DNA of 64,000 nucleotides from an uncultured Candidatus Rokubacteria bacterium (GCA_963789955.1 CAWBMV010000034.1:64001-128000), one strand, 5' to 3'. Numbered from the stretch's first letter, positions 9,401-17,642 are shown. Program-made: numbers and translations. The notes: a model not told the origin generated them from the letters alone.

Positions 9401-10586
9401 CGTGGCGCTCGGACACTTACCCAAGGACCGCGCATGGACGGAGCAGGCGATCGACATCCGTCTGGATCTCCGGCTGGCGCTGCTCCCGATCGGCGAGCTC
9501 GAGCCGATTCTGGCGCATCTCCGGGAGGCCGAAGCCTTCGCCGACGAGCTGCAGGACCAGCACCGAATCGGCCGAGTGTCGGTCTACATGACCGGCCAGT
9601 ACTATCAGATGGGGCTGCACGAGCGCGCCATCGAGTATGGCAAGCGCACCCAGGCCATCAGCGAGTCCCTGCGCGACTTCAGTCTAGAAGTCGCGACGAA
9701 TGCGTACGTCGGACAGATCCATCTCGGACTCGGCGAGTACCGCTCGGCGACAGCGCTGTTCAGGAAGAACGTCGAAGCCATCGTGGGCGATCTGACGTAC
9801 GAGCGCTTCGGCCTGCCGCAGCTCCCTGCCGTGCATTCGCGGTACTGCCTCGTGCTGTGCTTGGCGGAGATGGGCGAGTTCGCTGAGGGCATCGTGCGCG
9901 GCCAGGAATCCATCCGGATCGCCGAGTCCATCGAGCAGCCGCTGAACCTCACCGCGGCCACCTCCGGACTTGGCAGGCTGTACTACCGCAAGGGCGACCT
10001 CGAGCGCGCCGTCCCCGTTCTCAGGCGGGCATTGGAGCTCAGCCGTACGTGGAATCTCCGGATCTGGTTCCCGCAGGTCGCGACCGCGCTCGGGTCGTGC
10101 TACTCCGCGATGGGACGGCTGACCGATGCGCTGCCCTTGCTGGAGGAAGCGGTCGGGGTTGGTGGCGCGATGCGGCTGTTGAGCGCCCAGGCGCCGGCCC
10201 TGACGGCCCTCGGCGAGGCGCACTTGCTCGCGGGCAAGCTCGCGCAGTCGTCCGAAACGGCTCAGTCCGCGCTGCTCGTGGCGCAGCAGAATGGCCGCCG
10301 CGGCCACGAGGCCTGGGCGCTGCGGCTTCTGGGCGAGCTCGCCCTGTGCCGGCCGGACGCGCCGCTTGCACGGGACCAGTTCACCCGGGCCCTCGCGCTC
10401 ACGACCGCGCTCGACATGCGACCTCTCAGCGCGCACTGCTACTTCGGACTCGGCCGCGCCCTTCGGATGGCGAACGACCACCAAGCCGCCGAACGGCACC
10501 TGGCGACGGCGGTCGATCTATTCCGCGAAATGGACATGGGCTTTTGGCTCGCCCAGGCTTCCACGGAGAAGGACAAGCGAATCTGA
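6462..10586 (+). CDS. sigma54-dependent activator (AAA+ and Fis HTH) fused to a degenerate class III cyclase-like domain, a second P-loop ATPase and TPR repeats
   Basis: GETGTGKG, GAFTDA, FLDEVG, WPGNVRE, NISRTAALLGISRNTLR; ERRRVTML; GEAGIGKS, VEDLHWID; TPR-like C-terminus. Confidence 0.92.
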   Translation: MKHLADLLGESPGIQAIRDQIARLLTRQQDARRLPPVLIEGETGTGKGLLARAIHRAGPRPDGPFVDVNCAAIPETLLEAEMFGFEKGAFTDARRSKPGLLQTAHRGTIFLDEVGLLSEGLQAKLLKVLEERSVRRLGSTRDEPIDVWILTATNENLKSAIQGRRFREDLYHRLAVLTLSLPPLRERGDDILMLAEHYLGRACNDYGVSAKTLAADARAALRAYPWPGNVREVANLMERVALLSSDPTVTADALGLTAVAPTKAAAAVTTPAGSPSSLDDAVRDRVSDVLSQTGWNISRTAALLGISRNTLRARIDKYGLRVGEAPAPPPPAPRPERRPARRAEPTQVAPDEAAAPAVAAPPPAPAALEWERRRVTMLRASLLAPSAPEALLQTNRALELLLDKVRSFGGTIEGRGPTGIAAAFGLDPTEDAPSRAAHAAMAIVNAVTRARQDAGTGAAIKVGVHTSPILVGRGTGVPELDLEGKQAALSVLNTLIGRGDVDSVMVSEATAPFLTRGFELRELDGEEYGRGRVYTLVGRGRMGPGQAGRASTFVGRNRELELLSSRLESAMRGRGQIVGISGEAGIGKSRLIFEFRESLTGKGVTCLEGQCHSHGTAVPYLPILDLIRAACGIEEGDAPGVMADKARSTLLEAGMDLLETAPYVLHLLDIEQDPERFAAMTPDVTKARIFDTLRQLTLRKSRQAPLVIVVEDLHWIDGTSEEYLASLAEIIQGARVLMVCTHRGGFRPSWIEKSYTTQVALQPLAPEESLHIVRSVLGPDEPADALYELIVVKAEGNPFFVEELARTVREQIGGATPMTVPDTVEEVLGGRIDRLAPEERRLLEVAAVVGKDVPFAVVHAVAGLTEDKVRRIFERLKSAEFLYETSPGPDTEYTFKHTLTHEVAYERLLPQARRALHARIVQAIERLYENRLVEQVDQLADHALRGHVWAKAVDYLRQAGARAAARSAHRDAVTHLEQALVALGHLPKDRAWTEQAIDIRLDLRLALLPIGELEPILAHLREAEAFADELQDQHRIGRVSVYMTGQYYQMGLHERAIEYGKRTQAISESLRDFSLEVATNAYVGQIHLGLGEYRSATALFRKNVEAIVGDLTYERFGLPQLPAVHSRYCLVLCLAEMGEFAEGIVRGQESIRIAESIEQPLNLTAATSGLGRLYYRKGDLERAVPVLRRALELSRTWNLRIWFPQVATALGSCYSAMGRLTDALPLLEEAVGVGGAMRLLSAQAPALTALGEAHLLAGKLAQSSETAQSALLVAQQNGRRGHEAWALRLLGELALCRPDAPLARDQFTRALALTTALDMRPLSAHCYFGLGRALRMANDHQAAERHLATAVDLFREMDMGFWLAQASTEKDKRI

Positions 10587-10615
10587 GCGCGTCTCGCGCG
10601 CGCTCGAGCGTCCCG

Positions 10616-10765
10616 CTACTTCGAGGGCTTGCGCACCTTCCCGCCGTATCGGCGCACGACCTTCTCCATCGCTCGCCGTAGCCTCTCGAGACCGGGCTTG
10701 CTCATCGGCCGCTTCACGTTGAAGGACACTCGGACTAGCTTGCCTCTCGGTTGAAGTCTCGGCAT
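10616..10765 (-). CDS. Basic microprotein C, 49 aa (below ORF-track cutoff)
   Basis: MPRLQPRGKLVRVSFNVKRPMSKPGLERLRRAMEKVVRRYGGKVRKPSK*; AGGAGGA RBS 7 nt upstream; paralog of 11017-11172. Confidence 0.85.
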   Translation of the reverse strand: MPRLQPRGKLVRVSFNVKRPMSKPGLERLRRAMEKVVRRYGGKVRKPSK

Positions 10766-10767
10766 CG

Positions 10768-10956
10768 TCACGTCCTCCTGGTCTTTCGGAGGGTGGGTCG
10801 CCGGCCGGCGACAGGTTCGACGACGAAGTCCTCGAGCTCGAAGCCGTGACGCCGTGCGAGCCAGACGAGCTCGAGCCGCAGCGCCTCGGCCTCGCGCGCG
10901 TCGAGCTCGCCCTGAATCTGGTATCGCTCACGACGCTCGGTGGATTTCGTCGTCAT
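10768..10956 (-). CDS. Microprotein B, 62 aa
   Basis: MTTKSTERRERYQIQGELDAREAEALRLELVWLARRHGFELEDFVVEPV..; GAGGT RBS; stop lies 2 nt before the next ATG. Confidence 0.75.
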   Translation of the reverse strand: MTTKSTERRERYQIQGELDAREAEALRLELVWLARRHGFELEDFVVEPVAGRRPTLRKTRRT

Positions 10957-10970
10957 CGCACTACCTCGCC

Positions 10971-11006
10971 GCGGCCGCCTCCCGACGGAGCATGGGAGAC
11001 GGCCGC
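10971..11006 (-). other. GC-rich stem-loop between microprotein genes A and B
   Basis: GCGGCCGCCTCCC..GGGAGACGGCCGC imperfect inverted repeat, no U-tract. Confidence 0.55.
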
Positions 11007-11016
11007 GCACTGGGCT

Positions 11017-11172
11017 CTAACGGGTTTTCTTCTTCTTCTTGATCTTGCCACCGTGCTTCTTCACGAACTTCTCGACTTCCGCCTGCAGCTTGGCCTTTGC
11101 TTTGGCGGTCTTCGGGCGCCTGACCGAAAACGACACCCGGACCTTCTGCCCCGACGGCTTGCTGGTAGGCAT
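11017..11172 (-). CDS. Lys-rich microprotein A, 51 aa (below ORF-track cutoff)
   Basis: MPTSKPSGQKVRVSFSVRRPKTAKAKAKLQAEVEKFVKKHGGKIKKKKKTR*; GAAGGAG RBS. Confidence 0.85.
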   Translation of the reverse strand: MPTSKPSGQKVRVSFSVRRPKTAKAKAKLQAEVEKFVKKHGGKIKKKKKTR

Positions 11173-11220
11173 TCAGCGATCTCCTTCGCATAACACATAA
11201 AATGTTCACGGCGTCCGCGG

Positions 11221-12285
11221 CTACGGCCGCGCGTCCTCGATTCCGTCGCCGAGATCGTCGGCATGAAAGATCCCCGCCAAGGTGTCGAGGTTACGGACCA
11301 TATAATAGTCCTCCGTCGCCTCATATTCGCCCCGGACATTCACGGGCCGGCCGAGCGCCAGCCGCACGTAGCTCGATGCCATGTTGTGGCGACCGACGAG
11401 GTCGTACAGGTTGGTGCTCATGCTGAAACGGCCCGCGTTGATCTCCGTCACGCACGGAACGCCGCGTGCGTCCTCCCGGACGTCGAAGCAGTAGATCCCG
11501 CACGCGCGCCGGTCCACGGCGCGCACGGCCGCCTCGCACACCGCCGCCACCCGAGGCTCGTTGACCGTCTTCGCGAGCGCCGCGACCGACGAGGTCCCCG
11601 GCTCACCGTCGAACGGGACGAGGCGCTCGAACGTTTTCGTGAGAACGAGAGTTCCCTCGTGCCACAGGCTCTGGCAGCTGAAATCGCGCCCGGGCAGATA
11701 CTCCGACAAGGTGAACTCGGCCGCGCGCACTCCGCGCATGCGTTCCCAGTACGCGATCCAGCTCCGCGCCTGCGCCGGCGTCTCCACCAGGAGGGCTCCG
11801 AGGCCCCCCTGCCCAGATCGGATCCGGCACCATATCTGTCGCGCGGGCGCCAGACGCCGGAAGAGTCGGGGAATATCGGCGAGCCGCCTCACTGCGTGCG
11901 TGACGGGCGTGGGCACACCGCGGGCCCGCAGGACCATCGCCAGCGCATACTTGTCCTGACACAGCTCGATGACCGACGTCCGCGGCAGGAACACGCGGCG
12001 TCCGAAGGCGAGTCGCGCGCGCCCGATCTGCTTGACGTCGGCGTCCGACGTCGGGATCAGCAGGTCGATCTTTTCGCGTCGAACGAGCGCCCGTAGCGCT
12101 CGAGCACGATCGCGATGCCGGCTCGGCGGGAGCAGATGCTTCGTGTCGGCGGCGGAGGCGCGCAGGGCGAAGCGATCGTCGTGGCAGCCGACGATCCTCG
12201 CCGCCGGCTCGCCGGCTCGCAAACTCCGGATCAGGTTCTCGGCCGGACCGGTTCCCGCGCCGGTCACGAGCAGGCGCGCGGTCAC
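11221..12285 (-). CDS. ATP-grasp domain protein (CarB-like / PylC-like single ATP-grasp)
   Basis: LLVTGAGTG pre-grasp domain, IDLLIPTSD, CQDKY, SEYLPGRDF, VTEINAGRF. Confidence 0.85.
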   Translation of the reverse strand: MTARLLVTGAGTGPAENLIRSLRAGEPAARIVGCHDDRFALRASAADTKHLLPPSRHRDRARALRALVRREKIDLLIPTSDADVKQIGRARLAFGRRVFLPRTSVIELCQDKYALAMVLRARGVPTPVTHAVRRLADIPRLFRRLAPARQIWCRIRSGQGGLGALLVETPAQARSWIAYWERMRGVRAAEFTLSEYLPGRDFSCQSLWHEGTLVLTKTFERLVPFDGEPGTSSVAALAKTVNEPRVAAVCEAAVRAVDRRACGIYCFDVREDARGVPCVTEINAGRFSMSTNLYDLVGRHNMASSYVRLALGRPVNVRGEYEATEDYYMVRNLDTLAGIFHADDLGDGIEDARP

Positions 12286-13664
12286 GAGCGTCCTGGCCGG
12301 GGCGAGATTCCGCGCCGGCGGAACGCGGCGAGGATGATCGCCCCATAGCGGCCGCCGAGGACGCGATCGGCGGCGATCATGTTCGCGACGACGCTAGAGT
12401 AAGGGAGACGCTCGTTGCCGCGCGGGCGGTCTCGGCCGGGAAAGTCGTCGACGGAAGTCCGCGCCCACGTCTTCGCGAGGAGACGACCGAAATCGTCGCG
12501 CGCGTCGAGCAGGGCCAGCCGGAATTCCTCCGGGGCCTTCGCGTAGTGGACGGCGAAGCTCCGGCGGAGCTGCCGGAATCGGCGATGGGTCACGGCCGGC
12601 GAGGCTCGATCGATGGCGATCGCGATGGCGCTCTTCGATTCCCTGGCCAATCCGGCCGGAATCGCGCCGCGCCGCACCAGGTACTGCTCGTAGATCTCGA
12701 CGAGGACGTCGAACGCGCCGCCGGTGAAGAGCTTGGAGAACGCGTGCGTGTCGTATTTCGCCTCGGCCGTTGCGACCGATGGCGACCAGATCGTGTCGGA
12801 GTTGAACGCGCTCCGGATCTGGGCACCGCGGCTCGCCTCTCCGAACCGCGAGAGCATGTTTCGTGAGAAGAGACGTCCGCGCGTGTTCGCGAGGAGGCGT
12901 CCGACGACGTGGTCGAAGTGCAGGCACGCGATCAACGCCACGAGGTCGGCGGCGCCTTCCTCGTGGGCGCGATACTCCAGCGTCTTCTTCGAGGCGGTCG
13001 GGTTACCGATGATGGATTTGAGGATCAGGTGTCCCGTCTCGTGCGCGACGACGTCGAAGTTCTCGCACAACCACGCCGGAGCGCTGCGCCGCCGGCCGCG
13101 GCGTCTCGGAAGGGAATAGCCGAACTCGAGAAAGCCCTCACCCGACCACGCGTTGTCGGTCTCGGCGCGCGGAATGAGCTCGAGGTGTCGGTGCTCGCGA
13201 TCTCGGAAGAACCAGACGATCCGGTGGCCGAGGTAGTGCTCCCAGATCTCGAGCACGCACCGGACGGTCGCGAACGCGTTGGCGGCCGAGAACGCCCGCG
13301 TGCCCACTCTGACGTGATCGAAGTGCCCGCGATGGGCCTTGACCGGCGGGTGACGCGGGTCTCCGGGCGGATAGGGCGGACGCCAGCGCGGATCGCCGAC
13401 GGCTGAATCCGAGTAGGGCAGCTTCCATTTGTACGGGCGGCGCCCATTGGTGTCGATCACGCGGATTCTCGAGTCCGACGGTCCTGGACCGATGGTACCC
13501 GGGCGCGAGGCGACGTGGACGGTCAGCGGCGCGGCGAAGCCCTCGACGCTGCTTGCCTGCTGATAGATTCGAAAACGGGTGCCCCGCGGATCGAAGCGGA
13601 ATCGAGCCGAGGGCTCCCCGTGTGGGCGTACCGAGCCTCGTCGAGACGATGATCGTCGTGCCAT
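12282..13664 (-). CDS. Gluzincin-type zinc metallopeptidase (M4/M36-like), no signal peptide
   Basis: DNAWSG, DVVAHETGH (HExxH), downstream HEEGAAD third ligand; 4-nt overlap with ATP-grasp gene. Confidence 0.78.
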   Translation of the reverse strand: MARRSSSRRGSVRPHGEPSARFRFDPRGTRFRIYQQASSVEGFAAPLTVHVASRPGTIGPGPSDSRIRVIDTNGRRPYKWKLPYSDSAVGDPRWRPPYPPGDPRHPPVKAHRGHFDHVRVGTRAFSAANAFATVRCVLEIWEHYLGHRIVWFFRDREHRHLELIPRAETDNAWSGEGFLEFGYSLPRRRGRRRSAPAWLCENFDVVAHETGHLILKSIIGNPTASKKTLEYRAHEEGAADLVALIACLHFDHVVGRLLANTRGRLFSRNMLSRFGEASRGAQIRSAFNSDTIWSPSVATAEAKYDTHAFSKLFTGGAFDVLVEIYEQYLVRRGAIPAGLARESKSAIAIAIDRASPAVTHRRFRQLRRSFAVHYAKAPEEFRLALLDARDDFGRLLAKTWARTSVDDFPGRDRPRGNERLPYSSVVANMIAADRVLGGRYGAIILAAFRRRGISPRPGRS

Positions 13665-13676
13665 GGCATCAATGCG

Positions 13677-13692
13677 GCGAACGTGGTGCCAA
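13677..13692 (-). promoter_or_regulatory. sigma54 (-24/-12) promoter candidate
   Basis: Minus strand TTGGCACCACGTTCGC = TGGCAC-N5-TCGC; predicted +1 near 13665, next to ATG 13664. Confidence 0.6.
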
Positions 13693-13729
13693 GCACGAAT
13701 CTAAGACAAAACGCCGCCCGCGTGCTACC

Positions 13730-14782
13730 TCATCGTGCGCGCAGCTGCAGGGCGTGACCGTCGAGATCGTGCAGCGCGATCGCCCGACGGAAACTGGGAG
13801 CCGCGTCGAAGATCGATATGATGGCCGGTCGGTCGGACATTTCGGAGGCCGCGGCCAGCTTGATCGCGGCTGCGTCGGCGTCGGTTATGACCAGGAGCGT
13901 GTGCCACCGGACGAGATCCTCGCCCATCGTGTCCCGCGGGTACGGCCGCCCATCGCGCGGCGCCAGATATTCGAGAAGCTCGAGCGCCGGGCCCTCGGCG
14001 GCGCGGAGCGTCGTGATCCTGAGCCGGGCGCCCGGCACGCTGCTCAGGCGTTCCTGCTCGGGCCCGGAGCTCTCGCTTCCGCCGGCAATCCGGAGGCCGA
14101 GCGTGTCGCGGTAGAGCTTCAGGCTCTTCTCGGTATCGCTCACGACGATCGCCGTGTGATCGATCCCGAGGAAGACGCGATCGCTCGGCCGCTGCCAGCG
14201 GGCGTCGCCCTTCCCGGCCGGAAACTGGAGAATCTCGAGCGCGTGGCCGTCCGGGTCCTTGAAGGAGAACGCGCGGATGCCGCCGGTGTTCGGATTCCAG
14301 TCCGGGAGCCGCTGGGGCTCCGGCGAGGTTTGTTCGACGCGATGGCGCCGAAGCCAGAGGTATGCCTGGTCCATGTCGTTGACGACGATCGCGATGTGCT
14401 GGAAGGACCGATCGTTGCTCTGCGCGTCGTCGGGAACAGGGCGCCCGTTGCGGCCGAGATACTCGACGAGCTCGATTCGCTCGGCGCCGAGCCGCATGGT
14501 GACGACTCGAACCCGGGCGCCGGTCACCCCGAGCAGCCGGTCGATCGACGGCCCGGACGTCTGGACGTCAGATACCGTGTCGAAGAAGAGTACGGTCGAA
14601 TAGAACGCGACCGATCGGTCCATGTCCGCAACCGGGATCGCCACGCCACCCACGGCGCTCACGGGGCTCGTGGGCGCGGGGTTGACCGTCGATCCCGCGC
14701 CCGACGGCGACATGTGAAGCGCCAGCGCCACGCCGAGCAAGGTGACCAGGAGTGCCGGCGCCAGCCGCAGTCGTGCGCTCAT
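13730..14782 (-). CDS. Exported two-domain VOC/glyoxalase family protein
   Basis: Signal peptide; VADMDRSVAFY, FQHIAIVV, FKDPDGHALE, IDHTAIVV, DLDGHAL. Confidence 0.88.
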   Translation of the reverse strand: MSARLRLAPALLVTLLGVALALHMSPSGAGSTVNPAPTSPVSAVGGVAIPVADMDRSVAFYSTVLFFDTVSDVQTSGPSIDRLLGVTGARVRVVTMRLGAERIELVEYLGRNGRPVPDDAQSNDRSFQHIAIVVNDMDQAYLWLRRHRVEQTSPEPQRLPDWNPNTGGIRAFSFKDPDGHALEILQFPAGKGDARWQRPSDRVFLGIDHTAIVVSDTEKSLKLYRDTLGLRIAGGSESSGPEQERLSSVPGARLRITTLRAAEGPALELLEYLAPRDGRPYPRDTMGEDLVRWHTLLVITDADAAAIKLAAASEMSDRPAIISIFDAAPSFRRAIALHDLDGHALQLRAR

Positions 14783-14938
14783 CGCGCGAGCCTCGGCGCG
14801 TTCGAGACGGCGAGGACGAGCGACATGAGCCGAGCCGAAGAAGGCCGCCGGCCGACATCATGAAGATGCCGGGGCCGGCGGCCGCCGCGAAGCTCCACCG
14901 ATGGGATGCTCACGATCTGGATCTCGGTTTCCACGCGA

Positions 14939-15281
14939 TCAGGCCGCGTGCTGCAGCGGCGGCTCTTCCACGTGAGCCGGCTTCACGACCAGGTCGTAGT
15001 CGAAGGGCATGCGCCGCGCGACGTCACGCCATACCGCGTCGGTCAGGTCCTCGTAGCCCGCGGGCGTTCTCAGAACGATCCGTCCGGGATGCCAGAGGGT
15101 CTTTCGGGACGACCTCGACTGCGAGAAGTGACTCGCCGTGGAGCCGTCGATTGACCGCATTGCGAATGTCGGCGCGCAGAGCATCGGCGCTGTCGCGCTG
15201 CCGGTCGGCGCGGATCCGCCAGACCAGCGGGACGGCCACCAGGGCCACCAGCACGATGATCGGAAACAGTGTGTTCAGCAT
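14939..15281 (-). CDS. Small membrane-anchored hypothetical protein (frameshift near 15100)
   Basis: GGAGG RBS; N-terminal TM helix; frames 15024..15281 and 14939..15184 join into one plausible protein. Confidence 0.6.
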
Positions 15282-15686
15282 GGTTCATCGCCTCCGCGCC
15301 TTCAGACGAGGAAAGGGCCCCCGGGATTCGTGAATCTTTCGCGACGCTCGCGGGATCTAAACTGGACGGGAGAGTCTGTCCGACTACGGAATCCGCTCGA
15401 TCGCCGAGATTTTCGACGGCGATCCGCCCTTCACACCGAACGGGTGCATCGCCCAGTCCTGGAGCGTCGCCGAGACCCGCAAGGATGGCACGAGCTGTCT
15501 CGGGCCTGAGGCGAGATCGTCGCGAGTTGACATCGTTGTAACATCCGACCGAACGCGGTAACCGACAATCCGTGTCCACAGTGCTGGCGCCTGGCCCGGA
15601 CTACCGCGGGCTCGACTGGGACGGGCGCCAGCGGACAGCACCGCGCCGGAACGACCGCAAAGCCCGCAGAGAAGGGGAGACTCGAC

Positions 15687-15962
15687 GTGAAGAAGTCCAA
15701 TCTGATCATCGCCTCGGCGGTGGCGGCGGCCTTCGCCCTGCCGCTCATCTCGGATGCCCAGGGCGGTCCCGCGCCGAAGCCGACGTTCGAATCCGAGAAG
15801 TGCTACGGCATCGCGAAAGCGGGCAAGAACGACTGCCAGACCGCCAACTCGTCCTGCGCCGGCACCTCGAAGCGCGACAGCCAGGGTGACGCGTGGATCT
15901 ACATGCCGGCGGGTGCCTGCGGCAAGGTCGTCGGCGGCAGCCTCATGCCCAAGCGGGCCTGA
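15687..15962 (+). CDS. bufA1: Bufferin-type RiPP precursor (DUF2282/BufA1)
   Basis: Signal peptide, then EKCYGIAKAGKNDC..SCAG..WIYMPAGAC four-Cys signature. Confidence 0.92.
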   Translation: MKKSNLIIASAVAAAFALPLISDAQGGPAPKPTFESEKCYGIAKAGKNDCQTANSSCAGTSKRDSQGDAWIYMPAGACGKVVGGSLMPKRA

Positions 15963-15994
15963 TCGATCTCGATGAACGGCGGGCGACAGGTGCC

Positions 15995-16870
15995 ATGATC
16001 GCGCGCGACGATCGCTTGGCAACGATTCCGGCTCGTGCCGGGATCGGCCTGCGGGCGCCGCACGTCGCCGAGGTCATGGCGACCCGGCCTGCCATCGCGT
16101 TCCTCGAAGTGCACACGGAGAACTATCTGGGCGGCGGACCGGCCGTTGCCGCGCTCGAGCGGCTGCGGCACGATTATCCGGTCTCGCTGCACGGAGTCGG
16201 CCTCTCGCTCGCAGGCGCCGATCCGCTGGACGATCGTCATCTGCTCCGCGTGAAAGGGCTGGTCGACCGGATCCAGCCCGCGCTCGTCTCGGAGCATCTC
16301 GCGTGGAGCGTCGGCGGCGGCGCCTATCTCAATCATCTGCTGCCGCTGCCGTACGACGCCGTTCGCCTCGAGGCGACGAGCCGGCGCATCGAGCGGATCC
16401 AGGAGACGCTCGGCCGCAGGATCCTCGTCGAGAACCCGGCACGCTATCTGCGCTTCCGCGGGTCACCCATTCCCGAGCCCGGGTTCCTCCTCGAGCTCAG
16501 TCGCCGGACCGGATGCGGCCTTTTGCTGGACATCAACAACGTCTACGTCAGCGCCCGCAACTTCGACGAGGATCCCGGCGAATACCTCGATGCCATGAAG
16601 GCCGGCGCGATCGGCGAGATTCATCTGGCCGGCCACGCCACGAACGACGCTGACGGCCGCGCGATCCTGATCGACGACCACGGCTCGCGCGTCGCCGAGG
16701 CGGTGTGGGGCCTCTATCGCGCCGCGCTCACGCAGCTCGGTCCGGTACCGACCTTGGTCGAGTGGGATACGAATCTGCCGGAGCTCGCCGTGCTGCTCGC
16801 CGAGGCGGAGCAGGCGGAGCGATCCTTGCGGCCAACCCAGAGTGGCGAAGACCGTGTCGTCGCCGCGTGA
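15995..16870 (+). CDS. bufB: MNIO (DUF692) family maturase
   Basis: GIGLRAPH, FLEVHTENY, LHGVGLSL, SEHLAW, LLLDINNVYVS, EIHLAGH, IDDHGS, EWD. Confidence 0.95.
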   Translation: MIARDDRLATIPARAGIGLRAPHVAEVMATRPAIAFLEVHTENYLGGGPAVAALERLRHDYPVSLHGVGLSLAGADPLDDRHLLRVKGLVDRIQPALVSEHLAWSVGGGAYLNHLLPLPYDAVRLEATSRRIERIQETLGRRILVENPARYLRFRGSPIPEPGFLLELSRRTGCGLLLDINNVYVSARNFDEDPGEYLDAMKAGAIGEIHLAGHATNDADGRAILIDDHGSRVAEAVWGLYRAALTQLGPVPTLVEWDTNLPELAVLLAEAEQAERSLRPTQSGEDRVVAA

Positions 16871-17642
16871 GCTCGAGCGTGACTTCGCGGCCGCATTGCT
16901 CGGCGGCCCCGAGGATCCGGTCGTCGCCGAGATCCAGGGCGACGGGCTCGATCCGGCGGCGCGACTCGCGATCTATCGCCACCACGTCTCGGCGAGCCTG
17001 ACCGAGGCGCTCGAGGCGACGTACCCGGTCGTCGTCCGGCTCGTCGACCGCCGCTTCTTCGCGTACGCGGCCGACCAGTTCATCCGCCGCCACCCGCCGG
17101 CGGGGCCGTGCCTCTTCGAGTACGGAGAGGCGCTCGCCGATTTTCTGGCGACGTTCCCGGCATCGCGGCACCTGGCCTATCTCCCCGACGTCGCCCGGCT
17201 CGAGTGGGCGCTCAATCGCGCGCTCCACGCCGAAGACGCCGTCGCGCTCGACCCGAGATGGTTGGCCGCGCTCCCGCCGGACGAGGTCGGCGGGGTGCGA
17301 CTGCGGCTCCATCCGTCTGTGTCGCTTCTGGAGTCGCCCTGGCCGATCGACCGAATCTGGCACGCGAATCAGCCGGACGCCGATCCGGACGCGACGGTGA
17401 GCCTCGACCAGGGCGGGGCGCGTCTCGAGGTCTATCGTCTCGAGGACGGCGTGGTGTTCCGGACGATCGCGGCGGATGCGTACGCCTTCCGGATCGCGCT
17501 GGCGTCCGATCTCGATCTGCAGAGCGCGGTAGGTGCGGCGCGGCGCGCCGACCCGAGCTTCAACCTGACCGATGCGCTGCGTGAGCTGCTGGACGACGGG
17601 CTCATCGTCGACGCGGTTTCGCCGACCAAGCGTCCATGCTGA
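16842..17642 (+). CDS. bufC: DUF2063/HvfC-like MNIO partner protein
   Basis: RLAIYR..LEATYPVV, YLPDVARLEWA, SPWPIDRIW; position after DUF692. Confidence 0.9.
   Translation: MAKTVSSPRELERDFAAALLGGPEDPVVAEIQGDGLDPAARLAIYRHHVSASLTEALEATYPVVVRLVDRRFFAYAADQFIRRHPPAGPCLFEYGEALADFLATFPASRHLAYLPDVARLEWALNRALHAEDAVALDPRWLAALPPDEVGGVRLRLHPSVSLLESPWPIDRIWHANQPDADPDATVSLDQGGARLEVYRLEDGVVFRTIAADAYAFRIALASDLDLQSAVGAARRADPSFNLTDALRELLDDGLIVDAVSPTKRPC

Noticed and set aside
6378..9416. 1012-aa antisense ORF and many similar long shadow ORFs (e.g. 23137-25713)
   Set aside because: They lie opposite well-supported genes; expected in high-GC DNA; no motifs
14779..14934. Possible 51-codon ORF between the VOC gene and the membrane protein gene
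   Set aside because: Fits the gap, but has no clear RBS or motif and may be frameshifted; insufficient support
15420..15510. Resemblance to a c-di-GMP riboswitch (CCGCAAGG hairpin)
   Set aside because: Core GGCAAAC/GACGCAAAGC elements absent
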